A stretch of DNA of 63,234 nt from a virus, in IMG/VR virus record IMGVR_UViG_3300045988_163731. One strand, written 5' to 3'. Positions 38,726 to 47,672 of the stretch are shown piece by piece. The notes below the pieces were generated by a model. It was not told where the DNA came from. It ran no database searches and was given only the letters and a program-made list of their open reading frames with translations. Each line of letters opens with the position of its first letter. Position 1 is the stretch's first letter. The translations under genes were made by a program, and so were the position numbers.

Positions 38726-39223
38726 TCAACCCCTCCTTTTAAAATCATTCATGCCACAATCTGGCAACATCCAATCTACCACACTTAACAACACGGCACT
38801 TCCTAGCCATCGCCATATGTTCTGTATGGGAATATCTTTCAATGAAAAACCTATGAACGCTTCTGATGTACTTATTGTCATTGTAGAAACATTTATTTGT
38901 AATATGCCAAACAAACCCATTACAGCAAAGATACACCACAGACCAGAAACTACTAACTCAGTATAGCGTATCTTCTGTCTTATCGGTGTGAGTGGAGTTA
39001 ATTTTAGGCAGTCTATAAACAGAGGAAAGACAAACAGAAAAATTCCCACAAACAATCCGTCCCCAACATTTAAGGCAAGCACTAGCCAGCTCAATGTAGT
39101 GAGAACTACCCTCAACCCTAAATGTGCTATCAGGTTGGGCTGGTCATGCGCTGTTAATGGATTCCGCCTATACTTGCAGCCATCATAAAATTCACAATAC
39201 CTATCTATTTCACTCAACCACAT
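38726..39223 (-). CDS. Polytopic membrane protein, unknown function
   Basis: Hydrophobic spans throughout. Translationally coupled to the 38353-38724 gene. Confidence 0.5.
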   Translation of the reverse strand: MWLSEIDRYCEFYDGCKYRRNPLTAHDQPNLIAHLGLRVVLTTLSWLVLALNVGDGLFVGIFLFVFPLFIDCLKLTPLTPIRQKIRYTELVVSGLWCIFAVMGLFGILQINVSTMTISTSEAFIGFSLKDIPIQNIWRWLGSAVLLSVVDWMLPDCGMNDFKRRG

Positions 39224-39519
39224 TCACCGCCTATTCACAATCATTTTACCATACTTGGGCTTTTTTGCAAACAAAAAGAACCCTGCCGTCTGATACAGGG
39301 TTCTTCTTGCTTGCTATTCATTTTAGAGAGTTCAGCCATTGCGTGGCAATTAACTACTCTTTTATTATACATCAAGTATTTCAAAAATGCAAATATTATT
39401 TTATTGCTACTTATGCTATTTATGTTCAATTAATTATTTTGATATTTAATTGCTAGTTTTAAAAGTTTTGTTCATTAGAAATGTAGAAAAAATAATTTAG
39501 GATTTGAGAAAATTTTCCT

Positions 39520-39555
39520 TGACTTTTGTCGATAAAATTATTAATATGATTATGT
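39520..39555 (+). promoter_or_regulatory. Promoter TTGACT-17-TAATAT upstream of the RHH gene
   Basis: Read directly in the sequence. A TTAATTGCTAGTT motif lies 65 bp upstream. Confidence 0.4.
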
Positions 39556-39575
39556 CGACCGAAAGTGAGGTGAAA

Positions 39576-39746
39576 AATGTTGGCAAAAAAAATTGGTCGC
39601 CCAGTCGTTGGGCAACCCAAACCAATAAAGCTGACTGTACGAGTAACGGAACAGGCTTTACAGGCATTAGATACATATTGTACTAAACATAATTTATCTC
39701 GTGCTGATGGCGTACGGTTAGCCCTTAACGACTTGCGAAACAAATA
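39576..39746 (+). CDS. Small ribbon-helix-helix-like protein (57 aa), paralogous in type to 7059-7235
   Basis: RBS AAGTGAGGTG before the ATG at 39576. Product is MLAKKIGRPVVGQPKPIKLTVRVTEQALQALDTYCTKHNLSRADGVRLALNDLRNK. Confidence 0.5.
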
Positions 39747-39864
39747 AAGAAGTTCGCCCCTCCGACCAAGAACGAGCGAACTTCACAAGAAAGGAAAAGA
39801 ATACTTTCCTCAAATCTATTTTATCATGAGGTCAGTATTCTTTCAATAAGAAAGGAAAACTGCA

Positions 39865-40806
39865 ATGACAAATATTTTAAACCATGATAATGTAAAACCT
39901 GTAGTAGCTGTAGCCACTGAATACATTGTTGATTACCATCAGGCTGATAGAGCTGTATTGAATCAATTAGTTACCAGCAGTCAGATAGTAGCGTTTTATT
40001 TCAATAAACAGCACAAGCATGTACTTCGAGCAATAGACAATATCATTGCTGAATTTTCAGCGATGACCTCAGAAAACATCAAAGCCCAAAATTGGGCTTT
40101 GACCTCTATGTTCTATACAGCTTCGTACAAGACAGGCACAGGCAAACGCTATCCAATGTACTTTATGAACAGGGATGGATTCTCTCTGCTGGCAATGGGC
40201 TTCACCGGGAAGAAAGCCTTGGAATGGAAGATACGGTATATCCAGGCTTTCAATGAAATGGAAAGGAAGCTGAAAGAACAGGGTATGCTCAAAAATGAGC
40301 ATACCCCTAAACATTCCTCGGCTAACAGCAAGGCTCCCGATGTCGCTCCACCAGAGGTACTGGCACAGGCCAGAGCCAAGACCATGTTAATGAACGCAAG
40401 GACTAGACAGGCAAAGCTATGGAAAACATTAGCTGACGAATCCACAGGAACCTACAGGGAGATTTGCAAAGTGTATGCTGCCAATATCCTAGCAGGGAAA
40501 GAAGTATTGCCACTACCCAAGCCACCCCAAAAGACAATGACTGCAACGGAGCTGGGAGAGGCAACTGGGCTGACTGCAATGAATGTAGGCCTGCTGGCTA
40601 ATAAGTACAATCTAAAAACTGCCGCCTTTGGCCAGTGGGTGTACGATACATTGAAAAATGGCAGGCAGGTAGAATCGTTCAGATACTATGAGTCTGCCAT
40701 ACCGGTAATCAAGGAAATAGCAGAGGCAGAGAGAAAGAATAAAAAGCTGGTAATTAAGACGCCCCTAGCGGAGCTTTTAGGGGATATTATCATATTCACT
40801 AAATGA
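39865..40806 (+). CDS. Phage regulatory protein Rha (N-terminal) with an antirepressor C-terminal domain
   Basis: KRYPMYFMNRDGFSLLAMGFTGKKALEWKIRYIQAFNEME is the Rha signature. The C-terminal half aligns with the C-terminus of 6161-6940. Confidence 0.85.
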   Translation: MTNILNHDNVKPVVAVATEYIVDYHQADRAVLNQLVTSSQIVAFYFNKQHKHVLRAIDNIIAEFSAMTSENIKAQNWALTSMFYTASYKTGTGKRYPMYFMNRDGFSLLAMGFTGKKALEWKIRYIQAFNEMERKLKEQGMLKNEHTPKHSSANSKAPDVAPPEVLAQARAKTMLMNARTRQAKLWKTLADESTGTYREICKVYAANILAGKEVLPLPKPPQKTMTATELGEATGLTAMNVGLLANKYNLKTAAFGQWVYDTLKNGRQVESFRYYESAIPVIKEIAEAERKNKKLVIKTPLAELLGDIIIFTK

Positions 40807-41055
40807 TTGTATGGCCTACAGTCTTTACCCCGCTTGTAGGGGCTGTAGGCCTAAATCAGGGCAAAGAAAAACAACCTGCTCTCGGATACTCGAACTAAAG
40901 AAGAACAGGTTGCTTTTCTCTCACGTAGCCCTAATGGGAATAGACTTTTGAAGAAACGTACCGAAAAAAATTTAAGGGATAATTCTCTTTTATTATAGCA
41001 AAACTAGCAATTAATTTCAAGAGTTTTATTTGCTAATATTGCTAAAGTTGAACAA

Positions 41056-41367
41056 TTATTGTCCAAACATTTTCTTTGACATTAATTCAAACTGCTGGAG
41101 AATAGGCTTCCATTGCTCCATGTGGGAATCTATCAGGCCTTTCATGAATTGGTTTACGGATACATTGTTAATCTTTGCCAGCTGCTTTATGGCTTCGATT
41201 TGTTCCTCTGGGACAATAAGGTGAAGATGTTTTAACTCTACATCTGGGTTGTCAGGTTTCCTGCCTCTTTTCTTTGGCTCCTCCAGCTTGGGTTTTGTGA
41301 TTATATCCTTGGCAGCCTCTTTGTAAACATCAAAAGGGCTAGCAACTTTACTAAAATCTTTCGCCAT
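41056..41367 (-). CDS. ParG-like RHH partition/centromere-binding protein
   Basis: C-terminal RHH HLIVPEEQIEAIKQLAKINNVSVNQFMKGLI. Start codon overlaps the parA stop. RBS GGAGGTAG. Confidence 0.65.
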   Translation of the reverse strand: MAKDFSKVASPFDVYKEAAKDIITKPKLEEPKKRGRKPDNPDVELKHLHLIVPEEQIEAIKQLAKINNVSVNQFMKGLIDSHMEQWKPILQQFELMSKKMFGQ

Positions 41368-42167
41368 TATTCTACCTCCGTTTCAGGCTCTTGATAGTTG
41401 AAGATTTCTTGTATCAAACTCAGGTAGTCTTTAGCAGCATTGCTGTTTTTATCGTAAGAGAAAATATCCTTAACACTGGCTTGGGCTTCCTTAATGGCTA
41501 CATTTTCTCTGATACCTGTTTCAAAAACTTTTGTTTTCATTTTCGTGGCAGCACTCTTAAAGAGTTTGTTCATATCCTGTGCAATGCGGGTGCGCTCATT
41601 GTAGCGTGTCATTATTATGCCCGCTATCCTCAACCTGGAGTTGCAGTATTCCCTGACTGACTCAACGGTAGCATACAGCTGACTCACACCTTGCAGACTC
41701 AGAATGTCGGCCTGTGCAGGAATGATTACCCTGTCTGCTGCGGTCAGCGCATTTGCTGTCAGAGTCCCCAGGGCAGGTGGGGTGTCTATTATGATGAAGT
41801 CATACTCCTTGGCTTTACTGCTACCTTTAATGGCCTCCTGTAGCTTATATGACCTGCTTATAGGGTCTGTCAGTCTGCCATCAATGGAAGCAAGAAACAT
41901 GGAGGCAGGAACAATGTCATACTTCTCTAACTGCTGGATTCCCTCAAACAGCCTTGCCTCACCAACAAGGCACTCCAATATGGTAACGACATCAGCATTC
42001 TGAGTGTCAGTTACAGCGCCACATACTTGTGATAGATTACTCTGTGGGTCCAGGTCTAAAAGAAGAACCCTCTTTCCGTAATAGTCCCAAAGCCCAGCGG
42101 CCAGATTTTGAGCGGTGGTGGATTTTCCTACTCCTCCCTTTTGGTTAGCGATGGCGAAAACCTGCAT
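41367..42167 (-). CDS. parA: ParA/Soj-type partition ATPase
   Basis: Deviant Walker A NQKGGVGKSTT, plus LLLDLDPQ. Confidence 0.9.
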   Translation of the reverse strand: MQVFAIANQKGGVGKSTTAQNLAAGLWDYYGKRVLLLDLDPQSNLSQVCGAVTDTQNADVVTILECLVGEARLFEGIQQLEKYDIVPASMFLASIDGRLTDPISRSYKLQEAIKGSSKAKEYDFIIIDTPPALGTLTANALTAADRVIIPAQADILSLQGVSQLYATVESVREYCNSRLRIAGIIMTRYNERTRIAQDMNKLFKSAATKMKTKVFETGIRENVAIKEAQASVKDIFSYDKNSNAAKDYLSLIQEIFNYQEPETEVE

Positions 42168-42242
42168 GATAATACCCCTTTCAAAAAATTTTTTAAAAAT
42201 TTCTCCAAAACATTTATACAGAAAATACTTTCCAAACTGAAC

Positions 42243-42260
42243 ATAACTAGCATAACTAGC
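42243..42260. repeat. Tandem ATAACTAGC x2 (TAGCA-core sites) about 75 bp upstream of parA. Candidate partition operator/centromere site.
   Basis: Reverse complement GCTAGTTATGCTAGT recurs at 7405-7419. Core spacing is 9 bp. Confidence 0.5.
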
Positions 42261-42689
42261 AGCTTGGGAATGTTGGTATTTATGAATATTCTATACTATT
42301 ATTACATGAATAGCAACAAAAAACTCATGCTAGTTATGAATTAATTGTTCAATAATAGCATGAGTAACAATAATAGCAATAGTAGCAGTTTTTATTATTT
42401 CTATTCCTTGAATAAGTTGTTGTGTTGACAAGTTTCCAGAGATGTAGTATTATGTCTGTAAAAGTTCTTTGAAAATAAAAAAGAGCAGGTCTTGTATGAG
42501 ATGCCAATCTCATACAAGCCTTAGAGTACGATTGCACCATAATCATACACCAAGTTTTCCTGCATATCTTTATGTAGGAATTATAACATAAAAGGTCAGC
42601 GTTGGTCAATCGTACCAGCGCTTTTTTAGTGGAACAATTTAAATAAATTTCAAATAATAAAGTATAAACCAAAAAGATTAATAAGTAAG

Positions 42690-43230
42690 CATTTTGGTTG
42701 TTTGGCGGCGGTTCAGATTATTGTTAGTTTTCTTGACCGTTTGCGACAAGTGGAGAGCGACCACTATAAAAAGGCAGTCTAATCCAGCTCATGCAGAGAA
42801 TGGATTCGTCTTAACGCGATTGTCTTATGTTTGTGTTGCGTTACGGCGTCAGCAGGTAAAGAGTACCAAGCCTGTGTTAAGCCTAAGTCTTGGTATCAGG
42901 ATAAGCTGTTAGCAATAGCAGCGTGGCAAAAGGGAACGGGGGTATCGTCAGGGCCAGCACCATACTAACCAAGGCTGGGGAGGTACATCAGATAAGCGAA
43001 AGCCAAGCAGTCAGACGCTCGATAACGACTGTAGAACGATGTATGATAAGTCACAAACAGAAACACGGATACTCAAACGACGGGGCATTTTATATACTCT
43101 AGTTCCATGTTTAGGCAGACTTTCTTACGCTTGTCGTAGGAGTAGTCTGTCCAAAAGCCGTTGCTCTCACTCCGAAGCATTTTATATACTCTACAACTCC
43201 GAAGTCAACTCTATTCGTTAAAGTTTTTTT
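42690..43230 (+). ncRNA. Candidate structured non-coding RNA region (function unknown)
   Basis: About 540 bp with GC visibly above the neighbouring sequence. Internal 17-bp direct repeat GCATTTTATATACTCTA (about 43084 and 43173). Several hairpins. Only short R-rich ORFs that look spurious. Confidence 0.25.
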
Positions 43231-43264
43231 AATAGCTTGGCTCAATATTTCAGAATGAGTATAT

Positions 43265-43307
43265 ACTACATATAGTGTTTAATGGATAAAGGAATACTAT
43301 ATGTAGT
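43265..43307. promoter_or_regulatory. Perfect 12-bp inverted repeat ACTACATATAGT / ACTATATGTAGT with a 19-bp spacer, upstream of the lysis cassette
   Basis: Read directly in the sequence. Confidence 0.35.
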
Positions 43308-43512
43308 GGTTAATTTAATTAGTTAATTTTAATATGAGTAGTTAAGAATGATACGCATTATCTTCATTGTGTTAATATAAAACATTTGATATAATATAAT
43401 TGCGCACATAAATGAATAAGACCAGCCGTATTTGAAGCCTAACGCGCTCCCCAGATACGGCATGTCTTGTTTGTATATGTGCTTTTTTTATTATCTTTTT
43501 TGGAGGTGGCAC

Positions 43513-43773
43513 ATGGAGAATGAGGACGTCAGGGCTGAAATTCAAGAGATAAAAGAACAACTGATTCAGATTAGGACGATGCTTGAAATTTTAAACAAGC
43601 AGTTCGGTGAGAATCAGCCAAGGCTGGCGTATCTTGAACGTGAAACCGAGAGGCAGAAGGATAGTTTGAAGCAGGCCCACCATAGGATAGATGAGGTGAA
43701 CACCAGAACTTATTGGCTTATCGGTGCCTGCATTACACTGTTGGGTATTTTTGTTAGTGCATTTGTGAGGTGA
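43513..43773 (+). CDS. XhlA-like lysis-associated protein (coiled-coil plus C-terminal TM)
   Basis: RBS GGAGGTGG before the ATG at 43513. C-terminal TM span YWLIGACITLLGIFVSAFV. Confidence 0.55.
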   Translation: MENEDVRAEIQEIKEQLIQIRTMLEILNKQFGENQPRLAYLERETERQKDSLKQAHHRIDEVNTRTYWLIGACITLLGIFVSAFVR

Positions 43774-43779
43774 TTGCTT

Positions 43780-44061
43780 ATGGAGAAATTAAAACAGCTG
43801 TTTACGGCTATTCAGACAAAACAGATTGGGGTACTTGTAACAGTTATGATGGTATTCCTGGCACTGGTAATGTTTAGCTGGCTTATTGGCTTCTGGGCCA
43901 ATGGACTGTGTGGAGCGAAGTTTGATTTGGGTAGCTGTTGGCAGGGGATTTCTGCAGTAGTAGCAGGCATGACAGGTGTAGCTGCCTTGGCTGGCACAAA
44001 GTATGCCCGATACTATCTTGATAGCAAGTATAATTCTGGTGACGGGGAACGACCAGAGTGA
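43780..44061 (+). CDS. Holin-like protein (two TM spans)
   Basis: RBS GTGAGGTGA before the ATG at 43780. Two hydrophobic helices. Confidence 0.6.
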   Translation: MEKLKQLFTAIQTKQIGVLVTVMMVFLALVMFSWLIGFWANGLCGAKFDLGSCWQGISAVVAGMTGVAALAGTKYARYYLDSKYNSGDGERPE

Positions 44062-44079
44062 TTATTAGGAGGTAATATT

Positions 44080-44516
44080 ATGCAGAAGTATATTGGTGTA
44101 GAAAGATTTGAAGCAAGACCTATGACACTCGGCGATTATAATACTTATCGTGGCTGGCAGATGAAAATCCTGCCGACGAGGGATACCTTATAAAGTATCG
44201 TGGCGGCTATGAAAACTGGTGTTCCAAAGAGCATTTCGAAAAATCCTGTGTTGCGGAAGATGATTCTCCATTGATGGCCACAGTATTCAACATGAAGAGC
44301 CCCGATTATAAGAAACGTTTTGAAGCTGAGTACCGTCAGCTAGAAATTCGCTATGAGAGATTGAAGAAGATGTGTGAAAAGTGGGATGCAGGGGAGCTGG
44401 ATTTCACGCCTACATGTCCGAGAGCCACTTACGATAAGCAGATGGCAGCTATGGTTGACTATTTGAGTGTTTTGGAAGTGCGGGCACATTACGAAGATAT
44501 TGATTTGCAGGAGTGA
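44080..44516 (+). pseudogene. Gene split over two frames (44080-44193 and 44142/44271-44516). Either a frameshifted single gene or two small genes.
   Basis: The frame-0 continuation ...ENPADEGYLIKYRGGYENWCSKEHFEKS is open from 44142 with no ATG until 44271, and follows MQKYIGVERFEARPMTLGDYNTYRGW at a -1 offset. Confidence 0.3.
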
Positions 44517-45010
44517 TTGATATGCAGAGAGCAAAGATTATTGAAACTGATTTGAACTTTAGAGGGCTTGATAACCGCAGGGTGACTGATATGATTGTCA
44601 TTCATCATACGGGCAACCCGACTGATGATGATTTGTCTGCTCATGAAATACATGAGAGCCACAGGGCACAGGGGTGGGCTGGTATCGGCTATCACTACGT
44701 TGTGCGGAAAGATGGCAGCATTGAGAGAGGTCGTCCACATTGGACGATTGGTGCTCATGCTGTTGGCGAAAATTCTCATACTATTGGTATCCATGTGAGC
44801 GGTAACTTTGAAGTTGGTCAGCCAACTGACAAGCAGATTGAGGCATTGGCCATGTTGCTGGGGACTATCTGCTATGAGTACCAGCTCCCCATCGACGGCG
44901 ACCATGTAGTAGGACATCGTGATTTGATGGCTACTGCCTGCCCTGGTGAAAATCTGTACAACATTTTGCAGACTGTACGAGGCAAGGCTATTTGGTATCA
45001 GCAGAATTAA
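44513..45010 (+). CDS. Endolysin, N-acetylmuramoyl-L-alanine amidase (Amidase_2/PGRP fold)
   Basis: DMIVIHHTGNP...GIGYHYVV...GAHAVGENSHTIGIH...DGDHVVGHRDL...ACPG carries the zinc-amidase motifs. Confidence 0.9.
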   Translation: MIDMQRAKIIETDLNFRGLDNRRVTDMIVIHHTGNPTDDDLSAHEIHESHRAQGWAGIGYHYVVRKDGSIERGRPHWTIGAHAVGENSHTIGIHVSGNFEVGQPTDKQIEALAMLLGTICYEYQLPIDGDHVVGHRDLMATACPGENLYNILQTVRGKAIWYQQN

Positions 45011-45020
45011 GGAGAGCACA

Positions 45021-45632
45021 ATGCAGAAAATAAAGGATTGGATTTTAAATAACAAATATAAAACAGCCCAGATTATTACCGCTGTAATCCTGATTGTTCT
45101 GCTTGTATTTTTTGTGGTTAAGGCTTGGGAGGCGCACACAACCAAGCCTGTAACTACAATCCCACAGCAACAGGCGGAAACACCGGCAGGAGTTGAAAAG
45201 GCTGCCAGCAATGCTCACATCAAGCTGGATAGCGGGCAGACTAAGCAGGTGTCGGAAACTATCAGGGAAATCAGGGTGACTGAAAAGGAACCGGTATATA
45301 TAATCCAGACAACAGGTGACAAAGCTCAGGAGGCTTCTGAAAAGGCCAGTAAGCAGGAAAAGGCAGACTTCTCTATAGTCACTGATAAAGACCACCCAGA
45401 CGAGGCCGTAGAGCTTGACAAGTTGGATAAGAACACGACTGTTAATCTGAATCAGTATAATGTTCAGGCTTACAAGAAGCACATCAATACAATAGAGTAT
45501 TACCCTGCTGAAAAGATTGTTGGATATACCCACCAATGGAAAATCAGCAAAAGCGGAAAATATATGGGCGTTGGCGTCGATTATGATACGGACGACCAGC
45601 GTATAATGGCGAAAGTGACATATTCTTGGTGA
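45021..45632 (+). CDS. Membrane-anchored protein after the endolysin gene (possible lysis accessory)
   Basis: RBS GGAGAG before the ATG at 45021. TM span IITAVILIVLLVFFVV. Confidence 0.45.
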   Translation: MQKIKDWILNNKYKTAQIITAVILIVLLVFFVVKAWEAHTTKPVTTIPQQQAETPAGVEKAASNAHIKLDSGQTKQVSETIREIRVTEKEPVYIIQTTGDKAQEASEKASKQEKADFSIVTDKDHPDEAVELDKLDKNTTVNLNQYNVQAYKKHINTIEYYPAEKIVGYTHQWKISKSGKYMGVGVDYDTDDQRIMAKVTYSW

Positions 45633-45732
45633 GCTGATTTGCCTAGAAGTGTAACGATATAGATAATTTGTTCGGCAAAATATTGTCAAAAGGAACATAT
45701 AATCTGAACAAATTTACTAAATATATATTTGT

Positions 45733-45954
45733 TGCTATTATTGCTATTTCTGATTATCAAGAACATGAAAATCAATGTTAGCATAACTATCATAATTATC
45801 AAGATTATAGAATATAATTTATTTATCATTTATATCATGACTAGCATTGTTAACATGATTAGCATGAATATCAATGTTATCAATAATAGCATAAAATATA
45901 ATAATGAAAATAAGAACATAATTACCGATATTAGCATGATTAGCAAGTTTAGCA
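45733..45954. repeat. Iteron-like array of at least 10 TAGCA (and TGCTA) core sites, all in a 9-bp register. Candidate centromere (parS) or origin.
   Basis: TGCTA cores at 45733 and 45742. TAGCA cores at 45779, 45842, 45860, 45887, 45932, 45941 and 45950. Every inter-site distance is a multiple of 9. Confidence 0.7.
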
Positions 45955-45983
45955 TAATTACCAAAGAACGGAGGTGATATTTT

Positions 45984-46724
45984 ATGAGTTTTACAAAAGA
46001 TACACTTGGCACTACGGAATCTGTCGGCGGTGTAAGTCTGTTTGAATCCCTACGCTCTAACCAAAATGCCAGCGGAAGCTACAGTGGATTAATGTCTGCT
46101 GGTGACAAAGCTAAGCTGGATGGGATTGAGGAGGGAGCGAATAAATACATCCATCCTGATTCTCTGGCAGAAGTCGGAACATATATGCAGGTTGTTACTG
46201 ACGAACAAGGACATGTAGTTGGCGGCAGGCTGTTACAAGACAGTATGTTAGCTGATTATAGAATAGTGGATGCATATATTACCGATAACAAAGAGATTGT
46301 ACTTGGAGCTAAAAGGCTTAGGCCGCAAATGCCAGGTGAAAATATAAGCTGGAAGCAGGTTGTCGAAAGACCAAATACAATTGCGGGATATGGTATTAAA
46401 GATGCATATATAGCGGAAAGACTGACAGGAACTATTAATGAGAAAAACCTTCCAGCAAGACTGCAAATAGAGCTTGCTGGTCAGCAGTATGCGGATGGTA
46501 TCGATGCTAAGGTTGAAGCCTTAAAGACAATATCTTATGAAAACTTTAGATATCTGTTTGACGAGATGAAAAATATGGCAGATACGATTGCATTGTTAGC
46601 GAAACAGCTCAGCAATATGCAGAGCAAGTTAGATAATATGAGCGGTTCAGGGGGTTCAGGAGGGACATGCCAATGCACCGATGAAGATGTACAAGACACA
46701 GATGTTGACCAGATATTTAACTAA
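45984..46724 (+). CDS. Tail-fibre protein (contains an LMSAGDKAKLDGIE fibre motif)
   Basis: RBS GGAGGTGA before the ATG. The SA.DK.KLD motif is typical of phage tail fibres. Confidence 0.5.
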   Translation: MSFTKDTLGTTESVGGVSLFESLRSNQNASGSYSGLMSAGDKAKLDGIEEGANKYIHPDSLAEVGTYMQVVTDEQGHVVGGRLLQDSMLADYRIVDAYITDNKEIVLGAKRLRPQMPGENISWKQVVERPNTIAGYGIKDAYIAERLTGTINEKNLPARLQIELAGQQYADGIDAKVEALKTISYENFRYLFDEMKNMADTIALLAKQLSNMQSKLDNMSGSGGSGGTCQCTDEDVQDTDVDQIFN

Positions 46725-46770
46725 ATCTGGCTTATCATAATAATTTATTTTTTTCAAGGAGGACAATAAT

Positions 46771-47340
46771 ATGTCTATTTCAAAAAACACTCTACTTACA
46801 ACTCTCAAGAAAATGCGTCAGAAGCAGGATGTCAATTATGCGGTTGCTGTTGAAAAGCTGACACAGGCTACAGATGGCTTTATTGCGAGCTACGCTGTAA
46901 AGCAGAATGGTGTGCAGGTAGGCGAAACCATTAATATTCCTAAGGACTATTTGGTAAAGTCCGCTGCTATCAAAGAGGCAACCAACACCGATGTTCCATA
47001 TACTGGTGCCAAAAAGGGCGATAAGTATATTGATTTTATTATCAATACTACCGATGGTGCAGGCAATGAATCTCATGTTTATCTGGCAGTAAATGATTTG
47101 GTTGATACTTATACTGGCGGCGAAGGCATTGTTGTAGGTGCGGATAACGCTATCAAAGTGAGCATTGATACAGCAAATGCAAATGGACTGGCTGTAGGTG
47201 CTGCTGGTGTGTCCCTGGCTGTCGCTACTGCGTCTGCTGCGGGAGCAATGAGCGCTGCGGATAAGACTGCCTTGGACAATCTTGCAGCAAATAGCGATGA
47301 GCAGGTTACTAATGAGGACATTAATGGTATCTTTGCGTAA
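46771..47340 (+). CDS. Tail-fibre-associated protein (shares the MSAADKTALDNL motif with the upstream gene)
   Basis: RBS AAGGAGGA before the ATG. A/G-rich C-terminus. Confidence 0.5.
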   Translation: MSISKNTLLTTLKKMRQKQDVNYAVAVEKLTQATDGFIASYAVKQNGVQVGETINIPKDYLVKSAAIKEATNTDVPYTGAKKGDKYIDFIINTTDGAGNESHVYLAVNDLVDTYTGGEGIVVGADNAIKVSIDTANANGLAVGAAGVSLAVATASAAGAMSAADKTALDNLAANSDEQVTNEDINGIFA

Positions 47341-47410
47341 GTAAGATTTATGCTGCCATCTGGCAATGGCTAGGTGGCAGCATAAAAACTTAAAAGATAA
47401 AGAGGTTTTT

Positions 47411-47656
47411 ATGGCTATAACTAAAAAAACTTTATTAAAAACCTTATCAACTTTTCTTCGTGAAGTTGATGAAAGGTATTTTGGCACCGATTCAGTAGCC
47501 ACATCAGTTACAGTTTCAAAACGGGTGCCAACAAACCCCAAAAGCCACTGGGGTAGGCTGGGTGATACTACAGAAGGCGAACTGTTTACAAATTTATTGG
47601 CAGTGTCACAAAGTGCTCCAACTACTCAAAATACAATATGGATAAAGTTCATATAG
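47411..47656 (+). CDS. Small hypothetical protein
   Basis: ATG at 47411 (MAITKK...). Confidence 0.35.
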   Translation: MAITKKTLLKTLSTFLREVDERYFGTDSVATSVTVSKRVPTNPKSHWGRLGDTTEGELFTNLLAVSQSAPTTQNTIWIKFI

Positions 47657-47672
47657 AAAGAAGGAATGTTTT

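Noticed and set aside
42694-42912. 72-aa ORF, and the 60-aa ORF at 43039-43221
   Set aside because: Arg-rich products with no RBS, inside the candidate structured non-coding block.
44489-45211. 240-aa minus-strand ORF
   Set aside because: Antisense to the amidase endolysin (clear Amidase_2 motifs on the plus strand).
45045-45698. 217-aa minus-strand ORF
   Set aside because: Antisense to the plus-strand membrane protein gene. No start signals.
45729-45977. 82-aa plus-strand ORF and 60-aa minus-strand ORF (45830-46012)
   Set aside because: Both lie wholly within the TAGCA iteron array. Their products are I/N/M low-complexity sequence.
46792-47541. 249-aa minus-strand ORF
   Set aside because: Antisense to the tail-fibre-associated gene 46771-47340.
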